Below, in pieces: positions 39,561-52,524 of a stretch of 64,000 nt of DNA; the first letter of the stretch is position 1, and the number at the start of each line of letters is the position of its first letter. Source of the stretch: Lepidodermella squamata (taxonomy: Eukaryota; Animalia; Gastrotricha); the NCBI GenBank assembly GCA_047495785.1, contig JBLDXI010000007.1, positions 496,001-560,000 of the forward strand, given 5' to 3'. The notes under the pieces were generated by a model that saw nothing but the letters and a program-made list of their open reading frames with translations, searched no databases and was not told where the DNA came from. A program made the position numbers and the translations under genes.

Positions 39561-40436
39561 ACACTGAAATTTCAGCCTATTTTTCCGGTTTCTTCGCCAA
39601 ATAAATTCAGATTATTCAGATTATTCCAATTCGCAGTGCTGGGCAATTTCTCGAGTAAAGCAGGCTTGCAATAAATCATTGGAATATTTTTATTTTTTTC
39701 GTGGAAGATTATGCTATTAGTCACTCAGACCGAAACGGAAGTAATTAAATAATAAATAATGAAAAAAATGTAAGGAGGAATTCCGAGGGTCATTAAACCA
39801 TTAAAATGCAACAACAATTTTAATTATTTTAATAATGTGGGTCTGAATTTGAAAAATTACTGACCCATTAATATTTGAAATTCTCAAAATGACTATAGGT
39901 AGTTCCTTGAATTCATACTCACGATTGTGAAATTCGATATAAAATGATAAAATTAGCCAGAAATCAATATTATTTGTTCAAGAAATGTTCAACACTTTCG
40001 TAATGTGTTCGTAAGCACCATCTCGAAGCAACATGTGATGCTCGAAATTCAGCATAACTTTTCCCTGAATAGACAGAATTAATAATGTTTGAAGGGCTAA
40101 TTTCTCGCTGCGGTAATGCTTTGCCGATTCATTCTCTTCAATTTGTTCGTAATTGGCTATCAAGGTTATACATCACGTGCCATCAATTCGTCATCAATTA
40201 TACCTTTTTAATTTTCAGGCGCTTACTTGGACCGTATACCAGGGTTTTTACAAGTTACTGCTCGGAAGTCGGTACCAACAAGGAAGTATTGATCAACCTG
40301 TCGCGTTATACCGAAGGGTATCTTTCGAGCCATCAACTTCACCAGGGACCTTACGAAAATCTGCCGCTTGAGTGTTCTTGGTTAATTTCTCATAGCGTTG
40401 GAACCGATGATTGGGCTGTGGCTCTGTCCTTTCCTT
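39299..40436 (+). repeat. Segmental duplication copy A (GPCR 3' end, intergenic spacer, protease 5' end); copy B at 44374-45446
   Basis: AIQVVMLVSVLGFVYK...FLLKWR* and aaattagccagaaatcaat...gctctgtc.tttcctt are present twice. Confidence 0.93.
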
Positions 40437-41723
40437 CAACAGATGCAAGGTGGCCACCCGGTCGTTGAAGAGCCAATAGCCAATAGGTGGTACAGGCCAA
40501 GCGCAGAAATAATGAAATAGTCTTAAAAATAGCTCGAAAATGCCAGGTTTTACATCCGCAAAGCAAAAACTCATCAACAACAAACGCAAACCCGACGAAG
40601 AACGTAAGGTGGGTCGTCCGCCTAAACGTATTCGAGGCCAAAAGCGACCTCTTGATCCGCCCGAGTCGCCTGAACCCGTCGATAACGTTGAAGAACCGCC
40701 ACCTTGCCCGTTTGGGCGAGGACAGTCGCTGCTCTTGGTCGACCCGTCGTCTCAAACCGACTCTACAACCACGGTTTCGGTTTCTTTCCAAGTTCGTCCG
40801 TCTACTAGCCATGCCTCAGTATTAGCCCGGCCATCAGTCGTTAGTTCCTGCGTAGGTACTGATCCACTACCTATCGAGACCAGTTTTCACGTGGAAATCA
40901 AGAGCCTCAAAATCGCTACTGCTCGAAAACTGAAACAACTCTCGAAAATCGACAATCGAATCGAGCCGATTTTGCGCGTCGAATTGCCAGCCGAACTCGT
41001 CACCGACGATCGCTCTACGGCCAGCGTCGCCGGTTATATCACCCGCCAGCTGAAACTGGAGCCGGACAACAGTCAACCCGAAGTATGGCTGAGCCATGGC
41101 GGCCTAGTCAAGCCGAACGTGCACGTACTAGCTCTTGTTCGCGAGGCGATTTCTGCGCCCTACCGCCAAATCTGATATCAAAAAGAGTTCGCAGATATTT
41201 TGCACAATGCTTTAATTGCAAAAACTCCTTCTTATCAACCTAATCTGGAATTTGTACAGCCAACTGTGAAAATTTTGCAAAATATGTTATCTAAAAGAAT
41301 AACTTTATTAGATCGCGACAATAATAATCCTACTTCTATTAATCTTCGCGCTGGTCTGAACAGTGATTTTAAACGTGCTAAAGGTGCCAAACGTTCGACT
41401 TCTGAAGAAATGATTAGTGACTCGGCGCCTTTTTAATTAAAGTTATGTTTTCGTAAATGCGTGTGTTACATAGCAACAACTAGGGACGCTAGAGAGCTGA
41501 TTGGCTGTTAAAGTATGTGTCACGTGATCGAGGCGAGCGGGCGCCCTGCTGCGCCACTCAGCCTTTGTCTACCGATAGTGCGCGCTGATAAAGGGCAGTG
41601 CTCACTCCATCTCTATTCCTCCAAGCTCTTACTTCATGTGCCAAGGCGCTAGTGGGCGGTGTATACCCGAGTCTTATAGATGCGACGATCAGCGAGACTG
41701 TCCCGGTGGCGAAGATGAAGTCA
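40116..41723 (+). pseudogene. Broken duplicate of the CUB-LDLa protease gene (40116-40436 plus an LDLa fragment at 41626-41723)
   Basis: 1-nt deletion at ~40245 relative to the intact copy; homology stops at 40436; 41626-41723 matches 45777-45874. Confidence 0.85.
40540..41436 (+). mobile_element. Transposon-derived ORF with one in-frame TGA (41173-41175); AT-hook-like motif and P-element C-terminal-like motif
   Basis: RKVGRPPK; SVAGYITRQL...LSHGGLVKP; ORFs 40540 and 41200 are in the same frame. Confidence 0.5.
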
Positions 41724-42061
41724 TTACAACGCTATGAGATGCAGGGGTCAGCGGCCCGCAGTGCAATGGCCCGCCTCGCCCTGGGGCGACCGACTTGCTG
41801 AGCTCGGTTCATCCCAGTGTTTGCCAAACCCCACTTTTCAGATGTCAACGGTCAATTAAAAAACTAGACGAACTCTGCTCTTAGCTAGCCATCAAAATGA
41901 TTTATTTGATTTATTTCGCTTTAATTTTAGAACATCACCGAAATTCAGAGCTCATCTTAGCTTCCAATTCATTCGTGCCATCAATCTCCTTTCTCCTCAT
42001 CAAGTATTATCCTTTCCTCACGATACATTCAACTGGAAGCCTAGCATGATTGTAACAAGGG

Positions 42062-42898
42062 TCATTTAACTTGATCCACCACTCGGGGAGGTAAACTGCC
42101 TTGACCGCCTGGGAAACCGCCTGTGGAAGGAGCAACGCCAGTGGGCCTTCCGCCTGGGAAACCGCCTGCGGAAGAAGCAACGACATTGGGCCTTCCGCCG
42201 AAACCGCCTGTGGAAGGACCATCGCCAGTGGGCCTGCCGCCTGGGAAACCGCCTGTGGAAGAAGCAACGCCAGTGGGCCTTCCGCCTGGGAAACCGCCTG
42301 CGGAAGAAGCAACGACATTGGGCCTTCCGCCGAAACCGCCTGTGGAAGGACCATCGCCACTGGCGCTTCCGCCTGGGAAACCGCCTGTGGAAGGAGCAAC
42401 GCCAGTGGGCCTGCCGCCTGGGAAACCGCCTGCGGAAGAAGCAACGACATTGGGCCTTCCGCCGAAACCGCCTGTGGAAGGACCATCGCCACTGGCGCTT
42501 CCGCCTGGGAAACCGCCTGTGGAAGGAGCAACGCCAGTGGGCCTGCCGCCTGGGAAACCGCCTGCGGAAGAAGCAACGACATTGGGCCTTCCGCCGAAAC
42601 CGCCTGTGGAAGGACCATCGCCACTGGCGCTTCCGCCTGGGAAACCGCCTGTGGAAGGAGCAACGCCAGTGGGCCTTCCGCCTGGGAAACCGCCTGCGGA
42701 AGAAGCAACGACATTGGGCCTTCCGCCGAAACCGCCTGTGGAAGGACCATCGCCACTGGCGCTTCCGCCTGGGAAACTGCCTGCGGAAGGACGACTGCCA
42801 CTGGCCCCACCACTCGGAAAACCGCTTGATGCATACTGAGGGATAGTCGAGGACAAGGCAACAGCCAAAATCGTGAAGTCAAACCGCCCGAAAGTCAT
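42062..42898 (-). CDS. Secreted Gly/Ser/Pro-rich repeat protein (GGFPGG/GGFGG motifs; 44-aa unit, ~5 copies)
   Basis: ATG, hydrophobic FTILAVALSS leader, 132-nt higher-order repeat (45+42+45 nt), unique C-terminus. Confidence 0.7.
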   Translation of the reverse strand: MTFGRFDFTILAVALSSTIPQYASSGFPSGGASGSRPSAGSFPGGSASGDGPSTGGFGGRPNVVASSAGGFPGGRPTGVAPSTGGFPGGSASGDGPSTGGFGGRPNVVASSAGGFPGGRPTGVAPSTGGFPGGSASGDGPSTGGFGGRPNVVASSAGGFPGGRPTGVAPSTGGFPGGSASGDGPSTGGFGGRPNVVASSAGGFPGGRPTGVASSTGGFPGGRPTGDGPSTGGFGGRPNVVASSAGGFPGGRPTGVAPSTGGFPGGQGSLPPRVVDQVK

Positions 42899-44373
42899 TC
42901 TCCCAAATTACCGACAACTATGCCAAGAGCGAGTTAATAACTGAGAAAAATTCAACTGAATGACTCAAACTTGTATTACTTCATGCGGATCGTTGTAATG
43001 CGTGTCGTAGCCCGTCACATGTTCAACGCCTGAACACACTTGCAAACAAGGCACGCGATGAATAATAAGCGCAGTGGGAAAGACATACATAACATAACAT
43101 TTTCTTCATTTTATCTTTTCCTGCATTAATTAACAGCTCATTTCCGGGCCCGCCTATGTTTCGTCGGAGCGCGCGCACTGGTTGGCCGGCTGTTATGGCC
43201 AATGAGAGCGCGTTATTACGCCGCCGCGCCCGCCGCTCGCTCGCACACTCGCATTTTTCATTGCATAACGCCGCGCGCGCACGACACTCAAGTAAACGAG
43301 ACAGAACAGCACTTTATTCCAATTATTTTAACAATCAGAGCTAAATTTCAAAAACTTTCAGAGCTGAGTGATTACAACAACTGTCATGGAAAGCGCTTTA
43401 AACAAGAAACGATTAAATTCATCGATTGAAAAATTATGAAACGACTTTCAGATCAGAATTCTAATTATTTTAAATTATTGCTCACAACAAGAAAATCTCA
43501 AGTCACTGAGTGGGCGGAATGCCGTTTCTCTCACAAACATTTCTTGGGCGAATGGCGTAGTTTTTCGGCGCTCGATACTCGATACCCATTCGGTTTCTTT
43601 CCGGCGCGATGGGGTCTGGAGCCACCGACGTTAAACATCCGCCGGCTGACCGCGGTACTCTGCACATGAATAAGCGCCCCGCGATTATGTCCGTCTGACT
43701 TCATCAAGGCCCTGGCGAGCCAAGACTCAATCGCCATGACACCGGTATCTGCGAGGGTTGATAGCCGATGGCTGAATTTATTTATTTGTTTCAAAAGCCG
43801 ACTTGTTTTCAGCGATGAGACGTTCGACCTTAAAAATTGCGCAAGCGCGACAGGGTTAAAGGCGCGAACACGGCATAACACCACGTCTTTTAAAATGCCA
43901 ACGCATCTGAAATGAAGCAAAAATAATTGAAAATTGTTGCATATAAAATAGAAATAAAGGACTCACCTTTCGACGATGTTCAGGGTTGTGATCGAAAGAA
44001 AAGTGCAAACTTTGAGTCTTGAAAACATTTGAATGGGTGATCTTGGCGGGCCAATTTTTCTACCACAGGTAGCTCTTAGGTATGGCTACCACCAGGTAAA
44101 ATTTGGCTCTCATCGGGTCGTTCATTGTTGCGTAACAAAGCTTGCAAATTTACACTTTTCCTTCGTTCACAACCCTGGTCGTTGGTCATGTGACCATGCG
44201 AGTAGGAATTGCGAAACGCTGCCACGAAAAGGCGAGAACGTTGTAGGTGGGCAACACAGGGTGCGATCTTGGATCCCGGAGCTGCCAGGGATGGAAAAAT
44301 TTCTTTTGCTGTTTTTGCCAAAATGAGTAGTCATTTCAACTAAAATGCGAGCGAAGCGAGAAAATTTTGAAGA

Positions 44374-44635
44374 TGCGATTCAAGTTGTCATGCTTGTCTC
44401 GGTGCTCGGCTTTGTCTACAAAATTCTAAGCAAATTTTCTATTGCTTCTTTGCCAGCAGCGAAATTCACCTGCATTTCGACAATTATTCAATCGACTCTT
44501 TTAATTGCTGCTTTGTTCACGCTTTGGATCACTGAAAACACGCCGGCTCAGGACCACATCTTTGCAGCAATGTTAATTATTTACAGTGCTGCATCAACAG
44601 CCTTGATTAGAAAATTTCTTTTGAAATGGAGGTGA
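44374..44635 (+). pseudogene. Orphan duplicate of the class C GPCR TM5-TM7 end
   Basis: Near-identical to 39299-39560 but fused to unrelated upstream sequence at 44373. Confidence 0.8.
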
Positions 44636-45123
44636 ACGCTGTTAAATGCCTATTTTCCAATTTATTCACCGAATGAATACAGAATACAGATGATAATTAT
44701 TTGACGTGATGGGCCGTTCTCAGAGCGAAGCATGAAGTAGGCTGGAACAGTTTTTCTAATATTTTTATTTTTTCATGGAAAATATGGAATCGGATTTGCA
44801 ATGCAGACCGAAATTAATTAAATTGAAAAAATTACGTTCTCCATTAAAATCACTAAAATGTTCAACTATTAAGAATTCTGACCCCTCTTATGTCCAGAAT
44901 TCCCAAAACGACTTCACTTCCTTCACTCATGGTTGTGAAATTCGATATAAAATAATAAAATTAGCCAGAAATCAATATTATTTGTTCAAGAAATGTTCAA
45001 CACTTTCGTAATGTGTTCGTAAGCACCATCTCGAAGTAACATGTGATGCTCGAATTTGAGCATAACTTTTCCCTGAATAGACAGAATTAATAATGTTTGA
45101 AGGGCTAATTTCTCGCTGCGGTA

Positions 45124-47978
45124 ATGCTTTGCCGATTCATTCTCTTCAATTTGTTCGTAATTGGCTATCAAGGTTATACATCACGTGCCATCAATTCGTC
45201 ATCAGTTTTACCTTTTTAATTTTCAGGCGCTTACCTGGACCGTATATCAGGGTTATTCACAAGTTACTGCTCGGAAGTCGGAGCCAACAAACAAGTATTT
45301 ATTGACTTGTCGCTTTATACCGAAGGATATCTTTCGAGCCACCAAGTTGACCATGGATTGTACGAGAACCTGCCACTTGAGTGCTCTTGGTTAATTTCTC
45401 ATAGCGCTGGAAGCGATGATTGGGCTGTGGCTCTGTCGTTTCCTTACTTCGCCCTTCCTGAAGAAAGGGAACAGCTCAGCAAGTCCGAGGTTAACGGCTG
45501 GGAAACCAAGTTCGAAAATGGTTTTAGTTACTCCGAGTTCTACGCTTCAACGATCGATTGTCGCCGCAATTTCGTCAGCTTGGCCTACGAAGATCAGCAG
45601 GATACGTTGCTAGGTGTTTACTGCGGCGATGGTTGGGTTCCAAATTTCAACGGAGAATTCCGCCGAGCTGTCATCGTCAAAGTCTACGTCACACTGCCGT
45701 TTTTGGGGTTCAAAATCCGTTTCCATAAATCAGTTACACCAGCTCGATTAAACGTAGCCGAAGCAACGTGTAGTTACTCTTACTTCATGTGCCAAGGTGC
45801 GAGTGGTCGGTGTATACCTGAGTCTTATAGATGCGACGATCAGCGAGACTGTCCCGGTGGCGAGGATGAAGTCAACTGCGAACAACAAATTGTAGATGAA
45901 TCACTAGCTGCAGGGCGTGAGTCATCTGTTACGCCATCGATCGACTCCGGTTGTGGGTCTCCGAAATATCAAAATGGCGATAGTGGGTACTTCAACACAT
46001 TAGGCTACCCTTGCCATTACCCATCAAACTCCCGCTGCACATGGTATATTAACACCGAACCAGGGAAGGTTAAAATTTCCTCGTTTCTAGCTTCGATTAT
46101 TCAAACACATTTTTTCCCAGAATATTGTATTAACTTTCAATTCGATATTCGGTCTCGAGTCTGGGAATGCTGCAATTGAAGAGGAATGTCCCTTCGATTC
46201 GCTGACGCTTTACAACCTGGCTGGTAACCAGAACTCGCAGGAGCTATTTTTGAAAAAGTTTTGCGGAAATAAAGCGCCGGCTCCAATGTTGATCAGGAGT
46301 AGCTCGATCATGCTATTGTTCGAAAGCGACTCGTCACGGGAAGGTCAAGGTTTCCGCCTCGGATGGGCTGTTGTCGATGAAGCAGCCGCTTTCAACTTGA
46401 TGAAGAAACGATTGACAACAACGCCTACACCGCTAATAGAAAATCAAAAGGTAAGTCGAAATTCCGCCATTCAATCGATTAATTCCGCCTTATAAATTCA
46501 GTCATTGGTAATCGTCGAACCTACTGCATGCTCTTCAGCTGATGGCGCTGTGCTTAATTCGACCCACGGAACGATCCGCTCGCCCGGTTTCGGGACGAAT
46601 CTTTACCCGTCGTCGATTTTATGTCGGTGGATAATAAAACCGACTCTACAACCAGGCCAATCTGTTTCGTTCATCGAGCTTCACTTCTACGACTTTGTTA
46701 TCCAAGGATCGAACGGCTGTTCGGCGGACGCGCTTCGAGTACGGCACCTGGACCGTCAAAATCGATTGCGGGATGTTTCATTCTGTAACAGCAATAAACC
46801 AGCTATTGGCGAGGCTGTTGTCTTCCTGCCGAAAAACGCCGAGTTGGAACTGATTTTTCAAACAAATAGCGAGGTTCAAGAACGAGGGTTTCAGTTGGGT
46901 TTCGTTGTGATTGTCAGAGGTAACATGCCTCATCTTCCGCCAACCCCAAAACCGGCCAAGCAACGACTTTGCGGCATAAGCCGAGTCGAACCGCCTGCTT
47001 ATTCAGTCGTAAAGCCGTCGTCGCCATTTCGAATCGTCGGCGGACGAGTCGTTAAGCCCGGTTCATGGCCATTTGTTGTCGAACTCGTGTTTCAGGGCTA
47101 CCATCTATGCGCTGCAACTGTTTTGAATAACCGATGGCTTCTGACGGCCGCGCATTGCTTCCGAAGCGCAGATCGAAGGCGAACACGTGAATGGTACGTC
47201 GTTATTGGGCGGCATTCAATTTACTCAACTGTTGCTTGGGATCGACGAAGTCCTGTTCAATACGTTGCGATTCGGAATGTTTTCTTACATCGCCATTTCG
47301 GACGGACGTCGAATGCTAAGGAATATGACATCGCTTTGATTCTACTCGATCAGCCGGTAACAAAAAAAACAATGTTTGCCTTGCAACATTAAATTTTTCC
47401 AGATTAAGCTTGGAGGAATCGCGAACGCCGCTTGCTTGCCAACCCATGATACCGCGACGTCAGATCGATGTTTCGTCCTAGGTTGGGGCGAAACGAAATT
47501 TACTGGTTATTATTTTTAAAATTAGAGTTGGAAATATAGATAAATGAGAATTTTTAGGTGGCGAGGGATTGCTGAAGCAGGCTTCTATGCCAATTTTACC
47601 CAATCATATGTGCCGAGGCATGAATCTTTACTACTACGCCCTTCTTACTGATGCTATGATTTGCGCTGGGTAAGGCTCCGGAGGCGTCATTTTTAGGGTT
47701 ATCTCCAAACTTAATTCGCAGATATGAAGCAGGTGGAGTGGACGCTTGCCAAGGTGACTCGGGCGGTCCGCTATTATGTCTCGGGAAAGACAAAAGATGG
47801 GAAGTCCACGGCATTGTTTCTTGGGGAAAAGGCTGCGCAGGGGCTAGAGCTCCAGGTTAAATCGGATTATTATCAATAGAAATTGAAGTTATTACCATTT
47901 TTTTTATTTTCAGGTATTTATACCAGAGTTTACAAGTACCGAGACTGGATTCGCCAAGTCGTCACGGCCTTCTCGTGA
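45124..47978 (+). CDS. Secreted modular serine protease: CUB-LDLa-CUB-CUB-trypsin, multi-exon
   Basis: Signal [16 protein letters not shown]|GA; LDLa [23 protein letters not shown]; CUB motifs YPSNSRCTW and [14 protein letters not shown]; activation RIVGG; triad [20 protein letters not shown]. Confidence 0.93.
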
Positions 47979-50316
47979 TTTTTATTATTATTTTAATGAT
48001 TTTTGTGTTTATTCATTCCTTCATTAATCCTTGAACTTCGGAGGCTTAATAAATAATAAGATATTCATAAATTAAAGCTGTTAAATAAAACCGGACATTC
48101 GATAGCTTCTTGGTCACGAGTCACGAGTAAAAAGTAATGCGATGTGTTGAAAATCTCGATTACTTTCCGGCGACAAGACCTGACGTTTATTATTCAGACT
48201 ACATCAGACGGAAATTTCCTGGCTGTTTTCAGGGCGTTTTAGCTGTGTTGCTACAGGTATGCAAATAACGTATTATCGCGGCGAATAATGCAGCGTATGA
48301 GCCATATTTACGCTTGCTCACCGATAGTTTTAGCTGAATCGATTTTCTCAATTTTTCATCATCACCATATAGTCAAGAATAATTTGATGATCTCGCGCAG
48401 TTTCTATAAAATGCGAGATACAATACCACATTATAGTATCAATATTACCTGGCTATGGTAAATAAACCACATTTACACGCCTCTCAGAAATTCATTCTCC
48501 CGCATCACAGCAGTAACCACCAAAAAACAATGCTGGCATATAATGGGAATAATTTAGCCAGACTCATTTCGTATGCGCATTTGACGGTCCCCTATGACGG
48601 CGCTCTTTTGGACATCTACTAACACAGCAGCACTTGACAATATACGCGGTGCTGATAATCGGCGCAAAACATTTCCCGTATGTATACATCATTATATTAA
48701 ATGAGAAATGTGAATAAAATCGATGAGGCAGCATCAATAATTTGTCTTGTTGGAAGTACGAAAAAATTTAACTGCCGTCTTTCGCGAGCACATGTAAAAC
48801 ATCATTTATGATGTATTGGCGCATAAGTGGGTCTCGCGTTTTCCGACGAGAAACTAATATCTTTGCCGGCTTCGGCAGACATATTAGTAGATCGGAGACA
48901 TGTGAACAATTCACATAATAATGAATGATTCCCCGCGTCTATAACCCTCGCAATTTTACATTTTACGCGGATAGCTCAGATAAACGGACGGGATTTGCGA
49001 TGTTAGATGAGATTCAAAGCCCCGCATGGTTTCATAAGCCGATTCAGTCGAGCTTTATTTTTTCCTATAGCAACCCTTTCAAACCTCTTGGTTCATATAT
49101 ATATTTTATTTATTCTAGGCTTATGAACCGCATTTCACATCATGCATTGTTTATCCATATCTTCCTTTTCTACCTTCTATATGCAGTCTGCACGCTGTTT
49201 TAATTAAAAATTATATCTCGATGCAAGTTAAATTTACAAATGATTATCACGTCGCTAAAATCACGCCTCGCCTCGCGTAAATAAATCTAATTCTATCAAA
49301 TTACGCTCATAATTCTATGCGGTCTAGGTCACGCGCTCTGCACTACTAATTTTTACATATTGAACGACCCACAATGCCTCACCTGCTCATTCCCCAGGTT
49401 GTTACTATAATTATATTGCAATATACCCTGATGACGAAAATTAGTCACGTGGAACTAAACAGGGTATTATTTTTGCGCTTGTCGGCCTTGTGGGGACATT
49501 TGTGTGTGTGTGGTGCAAACAACTTGGTTCGGTCGACTGGCTGTTCTCGCATGTTTGAGCTAACACGCTGCCGCTTCTCATGATAGGTGCCATCTATAGT
49601 AATATACGGCCTTAAGGTCAATTCACCTGGTTTCATCTCGTATATCCTTTTACCTGTGTGAAGAGGAACAGACTCGCTGTTAGGTCGCCAGTAGACGCTA
49701 ATGACTTGTATCTCTTTATATCTTGAGACCAGAGTGACATAGCATCACTGTTTTAGCTGTTTTCCCCAATGTCAGTATAAATCAACTTATAACTATGGAG
49801 GTTTTTTGACCTGAACGTAATTATTTATTATTTCCCCTAATAAATAATTTATTCTCGGCGAGGAATGTGTCATAAAAGAAACTAGGTCTCAGGTCTCTAG
49901 GGCTTTGCTTCTATTTCTATTGCCCATCTGGAAGGAATCGAGAAATGAAATTACTATAGAATATAATATCATTTTTATTGAATTTTTTACTTCAAACATT
50001 CTTTCGGAATTTATCTATCTATAGGCTGATATCTCTCACGTTGTATCGAACCTTAATTTGCTAGTATAAGCTCACCAGGTGCGCAGATAATTAAATATAA
50101 TATTTAAATCATTTAATCCGTTGGAAAAATAGCTGACTATAAACCGCTATGTGAAATGTAGCTGCGAACCTCTTGCGCTGTCGCAAATTATTAACTTTCA
50201 AATTATTTTGTAGATTTTATTTAAATTTGAATGGACAGGTCGCGTGTGCCAACTGGCTGAAACTCTTGATATCAAATTCGGTTAATACGGAGTCCTTTTG
50301 GACATAAAAAGGATAC

Positions 50317-51170
50317 ATGGATCCAACTTCAGGCCCTCCTCCATCGTATCAGGAAGTTGTCACTGCTGTACAGTTGATGAAATGCAACCATCAAAGGCCT
50401 TCAGATGCGATAACCTCTCATCAACTGCCACCTTATAATCAAAACGCAACTGTAAATTCGACGCAGAGGCAGGCCAAGGCGCGAGATATTCTCGACAACA
50501 GCCTTTCGGATGACAGCAACTTACATCTTTCGTCACCGAGTGATAGTGAAAGTACTCTTCCAAGATGCTCTCGTTACTTTTACTCAACCAGTCACCAAGC
50601 AGCGGGCGACACTAGTATTGCTTTCTCTTTTCTACCTCAACGCTTGGATAACGTACAGCTGAGCACGAGCACGCTGTCATTTTCCGATCAAGACTTGATG
50701 GATCGAGATGAATGGCGGTCGAGAGCTAAACGCATGTCGTGGTACAGCATTTTCTGGCTGGGATGGATGTTTTGTGGAATCAAAGCTCTAATGATTTCAT
50801 ATAGGAAAACCTCAGAAATGTATGATATTTTTTTAGGCTTTATTGTCAACTTTTTTAGAATTTTTTTCCTCGCTTTAGAAAAGATTACAAAGCTGCCATA
50901 AAACTAGCAAGACTTTCATTTGTGTTGGGGAAACTTCTCGTTGTTGTAATCATCTTGTTGGCAATTGTCGGACGAGCTCGACTGGAAATCAGCTCTTCTC
51001 AGAAGTTATTCCTAATAAGGCAGTACCAATCAGTCAATGACGATCATCGAATCACGGCTTCAACAAGCGTGCAAAACACACGACTCGTCGCGCGTATCAA
51101 TGCTGGATTTCCACCCTCACTACCGCCATTCCCTTCTAGAACAGACAGTGAGCATCACTATAAAAGATGA
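50317..51170 (+). CDS. CD225/dispanin-like membrane protein with N-terminal PY motifs, 2 exons (intron 50820-50878)
   Basis: PPPSY and LPPY; spliced SIFWLGWMFCGIKALMISYRKTSEI|KDYKAAIKLARLSFVLGKLLVVVIILLAIV fits the dispanin two-hydrophobic-segment pattern. Confidence 0.55.
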
Positions 51171-51712
51171 AAATTATGGCAGGTTTTGCTATTAGCCATG
51201 CATCTTTTGCTTCATCTCACGCGATTCCCAATCGAGAATTTGAGTCTGTTATATTAGAGCGAAATTAAAATTTTAATCGGAAATAAATTGATCACTGTAC
51301 GTTATTGCTCAAGTGGATTTAACGATTCGATCCTGAAAGCGGTACGCCTTAAATTTCATGCTTACGGTATCATAACCTTCAAATCTGAACCCAGAAGCTT
51401 TAACGAAATTTACCGTTATCGTTTAAACAACAGCCATCGCGTGTTGTAGCCCAACTTGGAGGGTGTAAAATAAACCTCGAAAACGGTAATTTTGAATGTC
51501 TCATGATTTCAGCTTATTTCGAATTTTGGGGGTTAAAATCTGGGCTGGTTTATCAAATTTCGACACTGCCTATCAAAACTGAATAGCAAACTTTATCCAC
51601 TGTTTAATATCGCGTGATCGCTTTGAATTAATCGACTATTAATTAATCTATCAAAAAGCAATTTCATGGGCGAATATCAAACATTTTGTTTCGCGGATTT
51701 AAAATGTTCAGC

Positions 51713-52198
51713 CTAATGCTCCGCGCCCTTCGATTGAAGATATTTGCTGATAGAAATATGATTGTTGTTCATAGCGCAGTCCAGTGGTGTCTGGCCATTG
51801 GTAGTTCGTTGATTCAGCAGGGCGCCTTTTTCAACCAGCAGCTTAACCCCATCCTCCCGATTGTACCTAGCAGCGAAGGTCAATGCGGAGTAACCGTCGT
51901 TATTTTTCGCGTTTATGTCGGCTCCTCTGTCTAGCAGTAAGTTCATCACACCGATATGTCCAAACGTGGCGGCTTGAATTAGAGCTGTATCGCCATTGCT
52001 CGCAGCCGGTTCGGAGACATTAGCGCCAGAATCGAGCAAGCACTTGACGGCATCAAATTGACCGCTGTAAGCAGCGTAAATCAAGGCAGTCCAGCCATGT
52101 TCGTCCTTTTTATTGACCGAACTCGGATCAGCTTGTAGCAGCTCCTGAATTCGTTTTACGTTGCCTTCTTTCGCAGCTTGGCATAGCTCAGGAAGCAT
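51713..52198 (-). CDS. Small intronless ankyrin-repeat protein (~5 repeats)
   Basis: GWTALIYAA, GDTALIQAA, GYSALTFAA, GQTPLDCA. Confidence 0.9.
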   Translation of the reverse strand: MLPELCQAAKEGNVKRIQELLQADPSSVNKKDEHGWTALIYAAYSGQFDAVKCLLDSGANVSEPAASNGDTALIQAATFGHIGVMNLLLDRGADINAKNNDGYSALTFAARYNREDGVKLLVEKGALLNQRTTNGQTPLDCAMNNNHISISKYLQSKGAEH

Positions 52199-52524
52199 CT
52201 TTGATGTTCAAAAAATAGGTTAATTCAGCTAATGCTGTAAATTGCTACTAGATTCTCCCAAACGTGTGCTTATCGCGCCTTTTTACGTAAATCCTGAATA
52301 AATAATATCTAATTTCGGTGCGGCGATACGGCGCCTCGTCCTGAAAGCGGACGCTTTTTTCACAAGGCATTATAGGTATAAGTAAGTACTTACCTTATTA
52401 TACTATCAGCACGTTTCCAGTTCATAGCTCGCGGCAAAATCTAATTACCTACAACCCATTCATCGCAAAACAACTTTCCATTTGCCGCACTCGTTTTATT
52501 TTATTGGCAAATTGCAAATTATAG

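Noticed and set aside
41173-41175. Selenocysteine or programmed readthrough at the in-frame TGA
   Set aside because: The context is a decayed TE with no redox motif or recognisable SECIS; a nonsense mutation is simpler.
42007-42882. Three alternative long ORFs over the GFPGG repeat as separate genes
   Set aside because: A stop-free repeat with a unit length divisible by three opens several frames automatically; only 42062-42898 has an ATG plus a signal-like leader.
43531-44373. Spliced minus-strand gene or TE remnant ending near gcgagcgaagcgag
   Set aside because: It has stops in all frames and no recognisable domain; probably decayed mobile DNA but cannot be classified.
48000-50300. Short ORFs or RNA genes in intergenic DNA
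   Set aside because: No motifs, splice-consistent models, or tRNA/snRNA/SL RNA signatures were recognised.
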